Origin: Nitrososphaeria archaeon
Lineage (GTDB): Archaea > Thermoproteota > Nitrososphaeria > JACIWG01
DNA length: 64,000 bases
Assembly (NCBI GenBank): GCA_963760525.1
Contig: CAVXDT010000014.1
Span: forward strand, 120,203-184,202
Direction: 5' to 3'
The stretch's first letter is position 1. Every line of letters begins with the position of its first letter. The translations under genes were made by a program, and so were the position numbers. The notes beneath the pieces were generated by a model, which worked only from the letters and a program-made list of their open reading frames with translations, searched no databases and was not told where the DNA came from. Below are positions 9,504-19,423 of this stretch, one piece after another.

Positions 9504-9970
9504 CGTGTGTATTTCTTTAGCGTAGGTTGACTCTTGACTAATTCTTCCAATATTTCTTTGCTCATCCTGTCAACTAAGCTTCTTCCTTTACTCGTCAAAA
9601 CCCGCCCTTTTTTATCAAGCTTAGTGACAAAGCCAGCACTCTCAAGCTGTTGAAGAACTTTTCGTATCGAAGATCCACCCGCATCTCTATGGCGTCTAAA
9701 CGAATATCCCACACTTTTACCTCCGCCGTAGGCTGATCTTAAATCGCTCATTCCAATGGGGCCGTGCATGTAAACTTTTCTTAAGAGCGAAGCAGCTCTA
9801 ACGTACCACCAACCTTTATCTTGAGGCTGCCTTTCTGCATGCGAACCCGTCTTGACATAAAACGCCCATTCTGGAGGCATAACCTGTGTAGCATTATTTT
9901 TAATATGCTCAGCTAACCTAGCTATAAGCAGATTCTCTGGAACTTCGTGAGCTGTCGTCATTTTAATCAC
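9500..9970 (-). CDS. rps19e: 30S ribosomal protein S19e
   Basis: WYVRAASLLRKVY...GGSSIRKVLQQLE is characteristic of S19e; 156 aa. Confidence 0.85.
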   Translation of the reverse strand: MIKMTTAHEVPENLLIARLAEHIKNNATQVMPPEWAFYVKTGSHAERQPQDKGWWYVRAASLLRKVYMHGPIGMSDLRSAYGGGKSVGYSFRRHRDAGGSSIRKVLQQLESAGFVTKLDKKGRVLTSKGRSLVDRMSKEILEELVKSQPTLKKYTR

Positions 9971-10118
9971 TAGGCATTAAAGCCCTTGCTTATCTAATAT
10001 TTAGACTTTTGATTCGCAGTCTTTTGTTTATTAGTTTACTACTCGTGTAATTCCTTTATTGTATTGTAGTTTCGCTAGAAAAGCTCCATAAACTTATAGA
10101 AAAGCAAATAGCTAATAC

Positions 10119-10892
10119 ATGCGCAAAGACTATATGAAATATAATCGACATTTTGGTCAGAATCTCATGAAGAGCTATTATTTCATAGAACGCATCTTAG
10201 ATATTTCAGATATAAAACATGAGGACACAATATTAGAAATAGGAGCAGGGGAGGGGGACCTTACAGAAGGTCTTTGCGAAAGGGCAGGTAAAGTTATATC
10301 ATACGAAGTTGATGAACGTCTGTTTCTTCTAGCCAAAAAGAGACTCTCAAAATATAAAAACTTGGTCTTATTGAACGAAAATGGCTTTAAGTCGACTTCT
10401 TGTTTTAACAAAATAAAAATAGTATCAAATTTGCCTTATTCGCAGTCAAGAAATTTCGTCTTCTGGCTTACGGAAAGGGATTTCGAGACCGCAACTGTAG
10501 TATTGCAGAAGGAATTTGTTGAAAAACTCATATCGCAGCCTGGAGTAAAAAGTTACCGTGCGATATCAGTGATATCACAACTTTCGTTCAAAATGTCCAC
10601 TTTCGACCAGATTCCTCCTGACGCATTCTTTCCCCCTCCCAAGGTTTATTCTTACATTGTGAAGTTTGAGGCTTTAAAGTCTTCTCTTCTGGATTATAGG
10701 AGTAGAAACCTATTGCGTTTATGCTTCTCTTTTAAGCGAAAGAAAATCTATAGTATTATCAAGTATTTCTCAAAAGATGTCTCTTCCCTACCTGACGAAA
10801 TTAAATCTATGAAAGAGAAGAGGATAGATCATCTTTCTCCTAGAGACTGTTTGGCTCTTTTAGGTTTTTTATCATCTTTTGAGGCGCAATAG
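10119..10892 (+). CDS. ksgA: 16S rRNA (adenine1518/1519-N6)-dimethyltransferase KsgA/Dim1
   Basis: HFGQNLM (QHFL-type) motif; SAM motif ILEIGAGEGDLT; NLPY catalytic motif. Confidence 0.85.
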   Translation: MRKDYMKYNRHFGQNLMKSYYFIERILDISDIKHEDTILEIGAGEGDLTEGLCERAGKVISYEVDERLFLLAKKRLSKYKNLVLLNENGFKSTSCFNKIKIVSNLPYSQSRNFVFWLTERDFETATVVLQKEFVEKLISQPGVKSYRAISVISQLSFKMSTFDQIPPDAFFPPPKVYSYIVKFEALKSSLLDYRSRNLLRLCFSFKRKKIYSIIKYFSKDVSSLPDEIKSMKEKRIDHLSPRDCLALLGFLSSFEAQ

Positions 10893-10895
10893 ATC

Positions 10896-11423
10896 ATGTA
10901 CCTTCCTTCAGAGGACACTTTTCTCCTAATAAAATGTCTCGAATCTGCTAAACTTGAAGGCAAAATTCTTGAGATAGGAGTAGGTTCTGGTGAAGTCATA
11001 AAGACGGTGCTCTCGAAGGCTGAATTTTGTGCAGGATGTGATATGGAACTTGAAACCTTGAAACAAATCAGAAGCGAACTTCCAGATGAAATTGAATTGG
11101 TTTGCTGTGATTCAGGCAAATGCTTTATGTCAAATTCTTACGATGTAATAATGTTTAATCCACCATATTTACCATCAAAAAAAATAATTGATCACACGAT
11201 TGATGGAGGCAGAGTTGGAAATGAGGTTATATTGAAGTTCTTGGACGTCTCATTACGACTTGTCAAATCAACCGGCTCTATATTCTTTGTTACCTCTTCA
11301 TTGGCTGATGTAAGACATATCATAGATTTTGTCGAGAAAAGAGGGTTTATCTGTGATGAAGTTGCGAAAGAACATTATATGTTTGAGGTTATCTCGGTTT
11401 TCCGTTGTAGGCAATCATCTTGA
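10896..11423 (+). CDS. Protein-(glutamine-N5) methyltransferase, Mtq2/HemK-like
   Basis: SAM motif LEIGVGSG and the NPPY catalytic tetrad; 175 aa, as for archaeal Mtq2. Confidence 0.7.
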   Translation: MYLPSEDTFLLIKCLESAKLEGKILEIGVGSGEVIKTVLSKAEFCAGCDMELETLKQIRSELPDEIELVCCDSGKCFMSNSYDVIMFNPPYLPSKKIIDHTIDGGRVGNEVILKFLDVSLRLVKSTGSIFFVTSSLADVRHIIDFVEKRGFICDEVAKEHYMFEVISVFRCRQSS

Positions 11424-12506
11424 CCTTATCTCAATAACGTCATTGTCATCCAGAACAAAATACCTGCCGACTTTTATCTCGTTATCATTTCTTAAGAGTT
11501 TTGCATAAAGGAAGTTCTTTGCCAGATCTTTATGTATTATCTCTGCAACTTCGATAACAGTCGCTTTTTTTCGGATTAAGATTGGTTTTTCCGCTATTCC
11601 TTTGCTGCGACTTCTTGTATAAATTCTTATTAAACCCAAGATTTTCAGTATCCTATCCAGTAGTTCATGTTTGTCAATAGTCAGTGAACCTGTGGGAAGA
11701 TTTTTGAAATTCAACTTCAATTGCCTCTCTTGTTCATCATTCCTGCATAGTACGATAGCTGGTCTGCTTATTTGGCCGAATAAAGTGGCCTCTATATCCT
11801 CTAATGTTGTTTCTTCAGATATCTTCACAATCGCATTGACTATTTTATATTCAAACAAGAATTGTCTAATCTCTTCTTCTGTACAAAATCTTGATTTTCC
11901 AGCAATCCTCAGCCCTCCAGTGCCCGTTTGCTCGATCCTAGCTTCTTTCTTTCTTAACGTTAATACAATATTGTACTGTGTAAGCCAGTTAATAAGAACA
12001 GAAAAATACTCTATGAAATCTTTTGAAGGGAACATCACAATTAAGAAGTCTGCATTGTATAAGAGTGCCCCAAACTTCTTTTGTTTTTCCTCACCCATTA
12101 TTGGATCAAAGGGACATAAAACGACTTGAAAAACTATGGAATCCGATTTAGAGGCGCCAACAGTAGGCTGAGTATAAACTGCGAACGGTTCCATTTCCTT
12201 TTTAGTGACTTTACTGAAGAATTGTATAGCATCATCCAGTTTGCCTATTACAGCTATTTGAAGTTCCTCACTTTTCCTTATACTCCAAATACTAACAATT
12301 GTGCCATGTTTTTTCTTTTTTCTTTCAATCTCTTCTTCTAGTCCCTTTATTTGTCTCTTTATTTGCATCTCAAGCTTTTCGGTAGACTTATGCTTTGGAA
12401 AAGAACTGTAAAATTGTCTAAGGAGTTCAAGCTTATCCTTCGGCTCCTTAGAAAACATCGCCTTTGCCCAAATAGCCTTCGCTTTAGCAGGTAGATTTGT
12501 TACCAT
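11415..12506 (-). CDS. DRG-family protein with C-terminal TGS domain but degenerate GTPase motifs (pseudo-GTPase)
   Basis: N-terminal helical lead-in and C-terminal TGS domain (LIRIYTRSRS...VGRYFVLDDNDVIEI) align with DRG. The G1 position reads IAVIGKLDDA instead of GxxxxGKS, and the G4 position reads CRND instead of NKxD. Confidence 0.6.
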   Translation of the reverse strand: MVTNLPAKAKAIWAKAMFSKEPKDKLELLRQFYSSFPKHKSTEKLEMQIKRQIKGLEEEIERKKKKHGTIVSIWSIRKSEELQIAVIGKLDDAIQFFSKVTKKEMEPFAVYTQPTVGASKSDSIVFQVVLCPFDPIMGEEKQKKFGALLYNADFLIVMFPSKDFIEYFSVLINWLTQYNIVLTLRKKEARIEQTGTGGLRIAGKSRFCTEEEIRQFLFEYKIVNAIVKISEETTLEDIEATLFGQISRPAIVLCRNDEQERQLKLNFKNLPTGSLTIDKHELLDRILKILGLIRIYTRSRSKGIAEKPILIRKKATVIEVAEIIHKDLAKNFLYAKLLRNDNEIKVGRYFVLDDNDVIEIRSR

Positions 12507-13235
12507 TCATTTGTCATCTTTTTCCAAAAGTTCTATCTTCTTCTCTATTCTATTTAATGCTGTTAGGACTAGCCCCGCTTCTTTCTGTGTAACAGCTCCT
12601 TTGCCAATCACATTCCTAAACGCGCGTTCTATCATTCTTCTCTTATAAGCTGGAAGATTAGTTTTGAAAGTCAAACTTTTGAATTTAGAAATTAGCATAA
12701 ATTTTGTTGCCTTATCCATCGCAGTAAAGGATGTAGCATTAATTTTAACCTTACTTAGCTCATAAAATATTATTACACCAGCCATTGCCACATTGAGTGT
12801 CGGATACTCCTGATTTGATGGAATGGTTATGACTGCGTCGCACGCTTCCAACTCCCGATTCGACAGTCCAGTGCTCTCTCGCCCAAACAGTACTGCAATT
12901 CTACCCTTAGTGGATGACGCTAACTCTGCAAACTGAGAAGGCGATATTGCGTTTCTGGTAAGATTTCCAGGTCTTTTTGCAGCTATAGCTGTTGTCCCAT
13001 AGAGAAGGCCAATTTCGTTTTTTAGGTCGTCGAAAGTCTGAAATATTTTCACATTATCAAGAAGGTTCTGAGCGTGAACAGCCATCTTCCTTGCCTCATC
13101 ACCTAGGCTATCTTTTGGATTAACCAGATAGAGTTCTTTCAAACCAAAGTTCTTCATCGCTCTGGCTATTGCACCTATGTTACCTTGACTTTCTGGTTCT
13201 ATCATGGCTACGACTATATCCGTCATAAGGCACAC
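12507..13235 (-). CDS. SpoU/TrmH-family RNA 2'-O-methyltransferase
   Basis: SPOUT motifs GNIGAIARAMKNFG and AVLFGRESTGLSNRELEACD...ITIP. Confidence 0.75.
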   Translation of the reverse strand: MCLMTDIVVAMIEPESQGNIGAIARAMKNFGLKELYLVNPKDSLGDEARKMAVHAQNLLDNVKIFQTFDDLKNEIGLLYGTTAIAAKRPGNLTRNAISPSQFAELASSTKGRIAVLFGRESTGLSNRELEACDAVITIPSNQEYPTLNVAMAGVIIFYELSKVKINATSFTAMDKATKFMLISKFKSLTFKTNLPAYKRRMIERAFRNVIGKGAVTQKEAGLVLTALNRIEKKIELLEKDDK

Positions 13236-13295
13236 CTTTCCTTCAACTCATGACTTTAGTAAAAACGATTTAAATATTAGGGTATAACTGGGGAG

Positions 13296-13814
13296 GTGAA
13301 CGCTATGCAAGGTAGGAACTATCGTCATTCAGCAGGAATGCCATATACAAGAAAAGATTACATAGGTGGGAATCCACAATCTAAAATTGCAAAATTTTCT
13401 ACTGGGCAAGCTAGTGGTAATTATGATGTCGAACTGCAACTTGTGTCAGCTCGCAAAATTCAAATTAGGTCCAATGCTCTAGAAGCAGCACGTGTTGCTG
13501 CAAACAAAAAACTTCAAGAGATTGGAGAAGCCAACTATTATCTACTATTGAAACCATATCCTCACATTGTTCTAAAAGAAAACAGGATGATTGCTACAGC
13601 TGGTGCGGATCGTCTATCAATGGGTATGAGGCTGTCTTTTGGAAAGCCTGTAGGTCGAGGTGCACGTGTAAATATTAACGATGTGATAATGCTGTTAAGG
13701 TTGAGTAGAGCAAATATCGAGAAAGCAAGAGAAGCGCTTAAGACTGCTTCTTCGAAGCTTCCGATGGAAACCAGAATAAATGAAGTTGTATTGCAGAGAC
13801 CAGCCTCAGAATAA
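13296..13814 (+). CDS. rpl10e: 50S ribosomal protein L10e (uL16)
   Basis: ADRLSMGMRLSFGKPVGRGARV and an N-terminal YRHSAGMPYTRKDY are characteristic of L10e. Confidence 0.85.
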   Translation: MNAMQGRNYRHSAGMPYTRKDYIGGNPQSKIAKFSTGQASGNYDVELQLVSARKIQIRSNALEAARVAANKKLQEIGEANYYLLLKPYPHIVLKENRMIATAGADRLSMGMRLSFGKPVGRGARVNINDVIMLLRLSRANIEKAREALKTASSKLPMETRINEVVLQRPASE

Positions 13815-13972
13815 TTCCAGTTCTTTCAAGAAAGCATTTTGTTTATGATTCAAGCTCTCCTTCAGCAGTCGTACCCGCTAAGCCTACGCCAATAACCACA
13901 ATTCTTTCAATAATCCGATTTTCTCTTGCTAGGATTAAACCTTTTTGTATTTTATTCTTCTAAGATGTATGG

Positions 13973-15160
13973 ATGCTAGTAGGTGTTATAGGCAAAACCA
14001 ATGTTGGCAAAAGCACATTTTTCAGTGCTGCCACAATGTTAAATGTTCCAATAGCAAACTACCCGTTCACAACTATAAATCCCAATGTAGGAGTAGCGTA
14101 TTTCAAGACTCAATGTATATGTAGGGAAATGGGGGTTCAAGATACCCCTACAAATTCCGTTTGCGTAAACGGTACAAGGCTTATCCCTGTTAAACTCATG
14201 GATGTCGCCGGCCTTGTTCCTGGAGCTTCAAGCGGCAGAGGTCTCGGTAACAAATTCTTAGATGACCTACGCCAGGCAGACGCGCTTGTTCATGTTGTTG
14301 ATGCTTCTGGATCCACTGATATCGAAGGAAGGCCAGTAGTACCGGGATTACATGATCCGATGGAAGATGTACAGTTTGTGGAAAATGAGCTTGATCTTTG
14401 GTTCTTTAATATCTTAAAGAGCGATTGGTTGAAGGTCTCCAAATCCAGCGATGCAGGCTTTGATGCTGGGGTAGTCCAGCTACATCAGAAGGTGTCTGGA
14501 CTTTCTATCTCGAAAGCTCACATTCTGAAGGCAATCGAATCTGTCGGATTGATGAATAAGAAACTGTCATCATGGACAGAGCAAAATCTCTTTGAATTTG
14601 TAAAGCATGTTCGCAGGATTTCAAAGCCTACAATTATTGCAGCTAACAAGATCGATCTTTTCCCAGCTCCTGTAAATTATGAGAAGTTAAAGTCAACAGA
14701 AAAGCTATGTATTCCATGTTCTGCGGAATCTGAGCTCGTATTAAGACGTGCTTCTGAAAAAAAGCTAATAGAATATTTACCCGGAGATAGCGATTTTAAG
14801 ATCGTTTCTGAATTAAATGATCAGCAGAAGAAAGCTTTAGATCTCATAAGAGAAAGAGTATTGAGTAAATGGAAGTCGACAGGGGTTCAAGAGGTTATAA
14901 ATTACACTTTCAGAGAATTACTCGAGTTAATAACAGTCTATCCTGTAGAAGACGAACATAAATTATCAGATAAAAAAGGAAATATTCTCCCAGAAGCGTA
15001 TTTGATCAAAAAGGGTTCCACTGCAAAAGACCTAGCTTACAAAATACACACTGACCTCGGTGAAGGTTTTCTCTATGCCATGGATGTGAAAAAGGGAGTA
15101 AGGGTCGGCGCTGATCATGACTCCTCGATAATGAGACGTCATAAAAATTGTTTCAGCTAA
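13973..15160 (+). CDS. Obg/DRG/YchF-like GTPase with C-terminal TGS domain
   Basis: G1 [10 protein letters not shown]3 DVAGLVPGA and G4 ANKID motifs, plus a C-terminal TGS domain (ITVYPVED...VGADH). Confidence 0.75.
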   Translation: MLVGVIGKTNVGKSTFFSAATMLNVPIANYPFTTINPNVGVAYFKTQCICREMGVQDTPTNSVCVNGTRLIPVKLMDVAGLVPGASSGRGLGNKFLDDLRQADALVHVVDASGSTDIEGRPVVPGLHDPMEDVQFVENELDLWFFNILKSDWLKVSKSSDAGFDAGVVQLHQKVSGLSISKAHILKAIESVGLMNKKLSSWTEQNLFEFVKHVRRISKPTIIAANKIDLFPAPVNYEKLKSTEKLCIPCSAESELVLRRASEKKLIEYLPGDSDFKIVSELNDQQKKALDLIRERVLSKWKSTGVQEVINYTFRELLELITVYPVEDEHKLSDKKGNILPEAYLIKKGSTAKDLAYKIHTDLGEGFLYAMDVKKGVRVGADHDSSIMRRHKNCFS

Positions 15161-15268
15161 GGCTAGGGGTTAATTCTTTCTTCTTCGTTCGTTTGATAAC
15201 TTATACACCTTGAGCTTTCTTATGCTCGTATATCGTATCTTAATATCTTCTTTGAATTATCGAATATT

Positions 15269-15785
15269 TCAGAAGCAATCTTTCCTAAAACTGATTCCAG
15301 CACGAACTGGTCGAAAGTAAGCTTCTTTGCCTTCTCTTCCACTATTTTGTCCGCTATCCTTCCTTATAGCCTTCTTCCTAGAAGCGTTTATTTTAGTTGA
15401 AGTATAGATTATGACAAATACCCGGAGTCCAGCTCCATCTTTTGTTTCGATATTGCTAAAGAAATCAATAATTGATGTTCCTTTTCGAATTATACTCTTT
15501 AGGGCCTCCCTTGCCAGCTCAAATTGTTTGAAGTTGGTTTTGGCTACGTCGCCCTGAACCTCCCTTATTTGAAACTTCAAGCTTCATAGCATGTTGCTCT
15601 TCTTCTTCTCCAACTAAATCAAAAAGTGTAGTTTCTATAATTCTCCCTATTGCGTTTTTAACTTCAGTAATTGGTACCTTTACAATTATCTTGTTTCCAA
15701 ATATTGCTGGAGCTTCCACTTGAACCCAAGTCTTTTCCTTCCACTTATCCTTGACTTTTATCACTCTTCTCGGCATCTTATTCAC
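15269..15785 (-). CDS. rps3ae: 30S ribosomal protein S3Ae (S1e), reading frame broken by a +1 frameshift near 15578
   Basis: The N-terminal part (15519..15785) and C-terminal part (15269..15580) are both clearly S3Ae. The mRNA reads atgaagctt-g-aagtttcaa; removing one nucleotide gives ...HAMKLKFQIREV..., the expected S3Ae sequence. Confidence 0.75.
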
Positions 15786-17301
15786 CTAAAATTTCGTAAT
15801 ATTTTTCTCTTACCTTTGCTGGCCAATCTTCCACTTTAAAACCTTTCTCCGCCAGAAAAGCAGCTACCCATCTGGATTCTCCTAAACCTGTACACCCTGT
15901 CCAAATGTCACTGTTATCACTACCTTTTATCTTAAATGCATCAACGAATTTCTTCTTGTGCACAAAGCATCCTGCGACTTCAAGCCACTCAGATTTTTCT
16001 CGAAGTCCTCTATAGGGAAGGTATATTTCTATGTCGTAAGCTGGGACTTCCACGCTATTAAGAGGATCAAATTGTGTTGATGCCTGCTTGACATAGAATG
16101 GTGCTGCTGCGGTTATTCTCCATTCTAAGTCCAGTATTCTATCTGCCACGTGGATTCCTCTCTCAACGATCTTATCACGGATTTCTACTACCTGTTCTGG
16201 CAGACCAACATAAGTCATTTCTATTCTCTGAAACTCTGTTACTCTAACAAGCCCTTCCACACCCCCTCCTTCCCATCTGTATGTATAACCGGAAGCATCA
16301 TAGTATTTCAATGGATATGCAGAAGAATCGTGTGCTACTTGGCTATAATATTGCCAGAATGGCTCACACTGTGCAGGGGCTAATACATAGGCTGGATCTT
16401 TTAGCACACTCTTAAGTTCTCCTATAGGAATTTCCTTTCTGATCTTATATTCTTCTTTAAAGTTCTCAAAGGCCTCTGGCTCACGAGGTGGAGGTGAAAC
16501 ATAAAACATTCCTTCTGGAATGCTGTCAAAATATCCTGGCATTTTCTTCATAACTTCAAATGGTATCAGTTTAGGAAGGAGGAATGGTTTGAACCCTAAC
16601 TTTTGAGCGATTTCTTTGAGCAAGATAGACTTTATTGTCTCGAAAAGTGCACCGTATTTGCTTGCGTAAATGAACTGACCTCGGCCTGGAAAGTTTACGA
16701 TCCATCCAAGTTCCAGACCAGTGATAAGTGGATCACCTGAATAAGTCATCTGCTTTTTTTCAGAGGTTTTAACTATTGGTTGTGTCTGATCGAAAGCGAC
16801 GTGCTTTTCCCTAGACACTTCTTCTATAAGAGTTATTAGTCTGTCTATGATGTTTCCTCTTAAATCTTGTTCTTCTAAGGTTTCAAGTTCGATTACTGTG
16901 TCTCCTTTTTCTGTGGAAACTGTTGTAATCTTAGGAATTGATTTGATCTTGTTTAGGGCAATTTCGTCGAGTTCATTTTCTAATTGTATTTCAAATTTCT
17001 TTGCACTGATATCTCTTATGCCAATTCTTAGCTTTTCTCCTAAATGCTTCGATAGGATCTTATTTAACCTAAGTAATCCAACATGTGCCCTCACAAGATT
17101 TCCAGAGGTGACACTGACCTTCAATATGTTTTCTGATATTGTCCAGTCAGAAACATAACAGGCATTTTCTAGGTCTTTCTCTGCTCCTCTAATCAGAGCA
17201 CTCTTGGATTCTTCAAAAGCTTCTCTCAAAACTTCTGCAACATTCCCATGTGTCTTGCTAAGGACGAAGTATCCTTCTGTCTTTATTCTAATTTTTTCCA
17301 T
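15778..17301 (-). CDS. serS: Seryl-tRNA synthetase, methanogen-type (atypical class II SerRS)
   Basis: N-terminal domain (NLVRAHVGLLRLNKILSKHLG) resembles the atypical SerRS of methanogens such as M. barkeri. Class II motif 2 present: YTYRWEGGG...VTEFQRIE. 507 aa. Confidence 0.65.
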   Translation of the reverse strand: MEKIRIKTEGYFVLSKTHGNVAEVLREAFEESKSALIRGAEKDLENACYVSDWTISENILKVSVTSGNLVRAHVGLLRLNKILSKHLGEKLRIGIRDISAKKFEIQLENELDEIALNKIKSIPKITTVSTEKGDTVIELETLEEQDLRGNIIDRLITLIEEVSREKHVAFDQTQPIVKTSEKKQMTYSGDPLITGLELGWIVNFPGRGQFIYASKYGALFETIKSILLKEIAQKLGFKPFLLPKLIPFEVMKKMPGYFDSIPEGMFYVSPPPREPEAFENFKEEYKIRKEIPIGELKSVLKDPAYVLAPAQCEPFWQYYSQVAHDSSAYPLKYYDASGYTYRWEGGGVEGLVRVTEFQRIEMTYVGLPEQVVEIRDKIVERGIHVADRILDLEWRITAAAPFYVKQASTQFDPLNSVEVPAYDIEIYLPYRGLREKSEWLEVAGCFVHKKKFVDAFKIKGSDNSDIWTGCTGLGESRWVAAFLAEKGFKVEDWPAKVREKYYEILGE

Positions 17302-17476
17302 TTTCAGTCACCAAAACAGTTTGTATGCACAAGTTTATGTTATCGAGTACCTCTCGAACTGTGGATATTAAAGTTTCTGGGTTCTGCTGGGAGGCCACCT
17401 TTAAAAGAATCTTGCCTTCTTGAATTATACATTCGAATAATATCTTATTGGGAATGTTTACGTTGTCTGGATTCAA
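17288..17476 (-). CDS. Small hypothetical protein (62 aa) upstream of serS
   Basis: ORF only. Overlaps the serS start by 14 nt. No recognisable motif. Confidence 0.2.
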   Translation of the reverse strand: MNPDNVNIPNKILFECIIQEGKILLKVASQQNPETLISTVREVLDNINLCIQTVLVTENGKN

Positions 17477-17523
17477 AGCTTTTAAAATGGTTTCAATTAG
17501 TTTCTTATCCTCTGAATCAAGCG

Positions 17524-18947
17524 TTAGAGTGATCTACTGTTTTTCTCATCCCTTACCTTTTTTGTTATTTCCTCAATAAACTTTGCATATGATTCTAAAG
17601 GTATTTTTGCGCCAGCTGCAACTGCATGTCCTCCGCCTATTCCACCCAATTCTTTTGCGGTTTCCTTTAGTATTAAGCCAAAGTTAAGTCCTTCGAATCC
17701 CTCCCCTCTTCTGACCGAGATTTTCAGATCATTATCCTTGGTTTTTGTTTTCAATATTATTACTTTGTCTTTGAATGCCAGTGAGCTTGAAAGTATTGAA
17801 GAAACCGCTCCTAGCATTTTCTCATCTATCAAGTCATCGCCTATTACCTGCACAATTCGTTCTCCATTAAGAATCCTATTAGCATCTGTATTTATGATCT
17901 GAAGGTACTGTGATAATGTTCGCCTATAATTTTGGAGTATCTTTCTCCTTCTAAACAGCCTTCGTCACGTTCTCCAAGACATATTAGAATTCCTATGCTA
18001 GCTTTCCCACTTCTTCCACACGCGTTAAGTAAAGACCCAAATTCTCTTGCATCTCTCAAATTAGATCTCTCTTCTTCTTTTATTAGAGTGTAAACATTAC
18101 CAAAAAGTTCTTCCACTACATCACTCTTCGCTCCTCCCTTTGTTATGTATGGAATTAGTATCTCGATGAGTTTCATTTTTTCCTCATAAGACAGTTCAGA
18201 TATGGTTCTCCATCTTTCTCCTTCCTTGACCTTAAAGTCAGATGAAACAAGAGCAGCTAAGCATGCATCGTAGTTGCCAGTTAGTAACGGTATAAAAGGA
18301 GTGTTTGTTGATGCAATAGCATCATGGATAGGTTTAGTTTCTCTGCCATAGAAAATCAAATCCTTTTCTTCTTTTATTAAATCAGAATCTTTAGCGTCCT
18401 TCAGTATTACCTTTTGATTAACTCCAATAAGGCTTCTTGACGGACCTTGGTCTTGTCTGTCGGCAAGTGCGCCTACAATAGCAAGTGCTGAAAGATCCTT
18501 GTTCGAGCTATTTAACTTCTTAGACACAAGGTATGCTACGCCAGATCCAGAAATTTCTGTTCCTCCTTCTATCGCATAAGCATGAGGATTAATGACTCTG
18601 GAATGTTCCAGCTCTTCTTGGGAACTCTGGTGATGATCTAGTATAACCCAGTGTTCGTCAAGTTCTTTGTCTAGTAAGCCTACAAATCCCATCCCAATAT
18701 CTACAAAAACATAATAATCATATTCTTGTTTCTTTAAGTTGAAGATTGAGTTTGAGCTCAGATCGCTCACTGTTCTTATCAAAGCTCTGCCTTCTTCTTT
18801 GAAAATACTTTTCCCGATTATGCTTCCAGCTGTTAGACCGTCAGCATCTAGGTGGCATATTACAATAATTTGTTTCTTTTCTTCAATAGCATTTTCAATA
18901 ATCTCACATATGCTTTCTGACTTCTCCCTAAGCTCTTTAATGCCCAT
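17524..18947 (-). CDS. DHH/DHHA1 phosphoesterase, RecJ/GAN-like (Cdc45 homologue), split by a 1-nt frame change
   Basis: 17892..18947 encodes the DHH domain (motifs ICHLDADG, DHH). 17524..17853 encodes DHHA1 (GGGHAVAAGA). Both frames overlap and are open across 17860..17960. Adding one base to the T4 run at 17930..17933 yields a continuous protein. Confidence 0.65.
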
Positions 18948-18958
18948 AAACTTGGCAC

Positions 18959-19408
18959 TTACTTTAGCTGCGCAATCTTAGCAGAGTATTTCCATTTTCC
19001 GTCAATCATGCCTTCTTCCTTGTAATGTTTCGAAAGTCGATGAATCCTTGCTTCGACAAGTTCAAGAGATCTAACATTCTTGCCATCCTTCTTATGTGTT
19101 TTCAAATGGTCATTCAACTTTTGCGCCTTTCTAATAAGGTTTTCAAGGTCATTGGGCATTTTTGAAGCTAATTTATTCTCTTTTAGAATTGCCGTTATCG
19201 TCTTTCCAGTTATTTGCTTTTGCAAGGGTATACCATATTGATCCCTTAGGTTAACTCCAATTTTACTAGTCGTTAATCCCTCATTGGCCATCTTAATTAT
19301 CAAAGAAACTATTTCCTCTTGTGTATACGTTACCCAAGGTGGGTTGAGTTTGTAGACTGGCCTAATCGAATGTGCCTTTCCCCTCATATGTGAATATTGT
19401 CTTGCCAT
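18959..19408 (-). CDS. rps15: 30S ribosomal protein S15 (uS15/S13e)
   Basis: 149 aa. N-terminal S13e-type extension followed by the S15 fold (LKENKLASKMPNDLENLIRKAQKLNDHL). Confidence 0.85.
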   Translation of the reverse strand: MARQYSHMRGKAHSIRPVYKLNPPWVTYTQEEIVSLIIKMANEGLTTSKIGVNLRDQYGIPLQKQITGKTITAILKENKLASKMPNDLENLIRKAQKLNDHLKTHKKDGKNVRSLELVEARIHRLSKHYKEEGMIDGKWKYSAKIAQLK

Positions 19409-19423
19409 ATGCGAACATACTCT

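Noticed and set aside
15519-15590. A BHB intron as the explanation for the rps3ae (and psmA, cysK) frame breaks.
   Set aside because: The breaks are exactly 1 nt, and both frames overlap by only a few bases. That is far below the minimum intron size. Homopolymer context at psmA and cysK favours indel artefacts.
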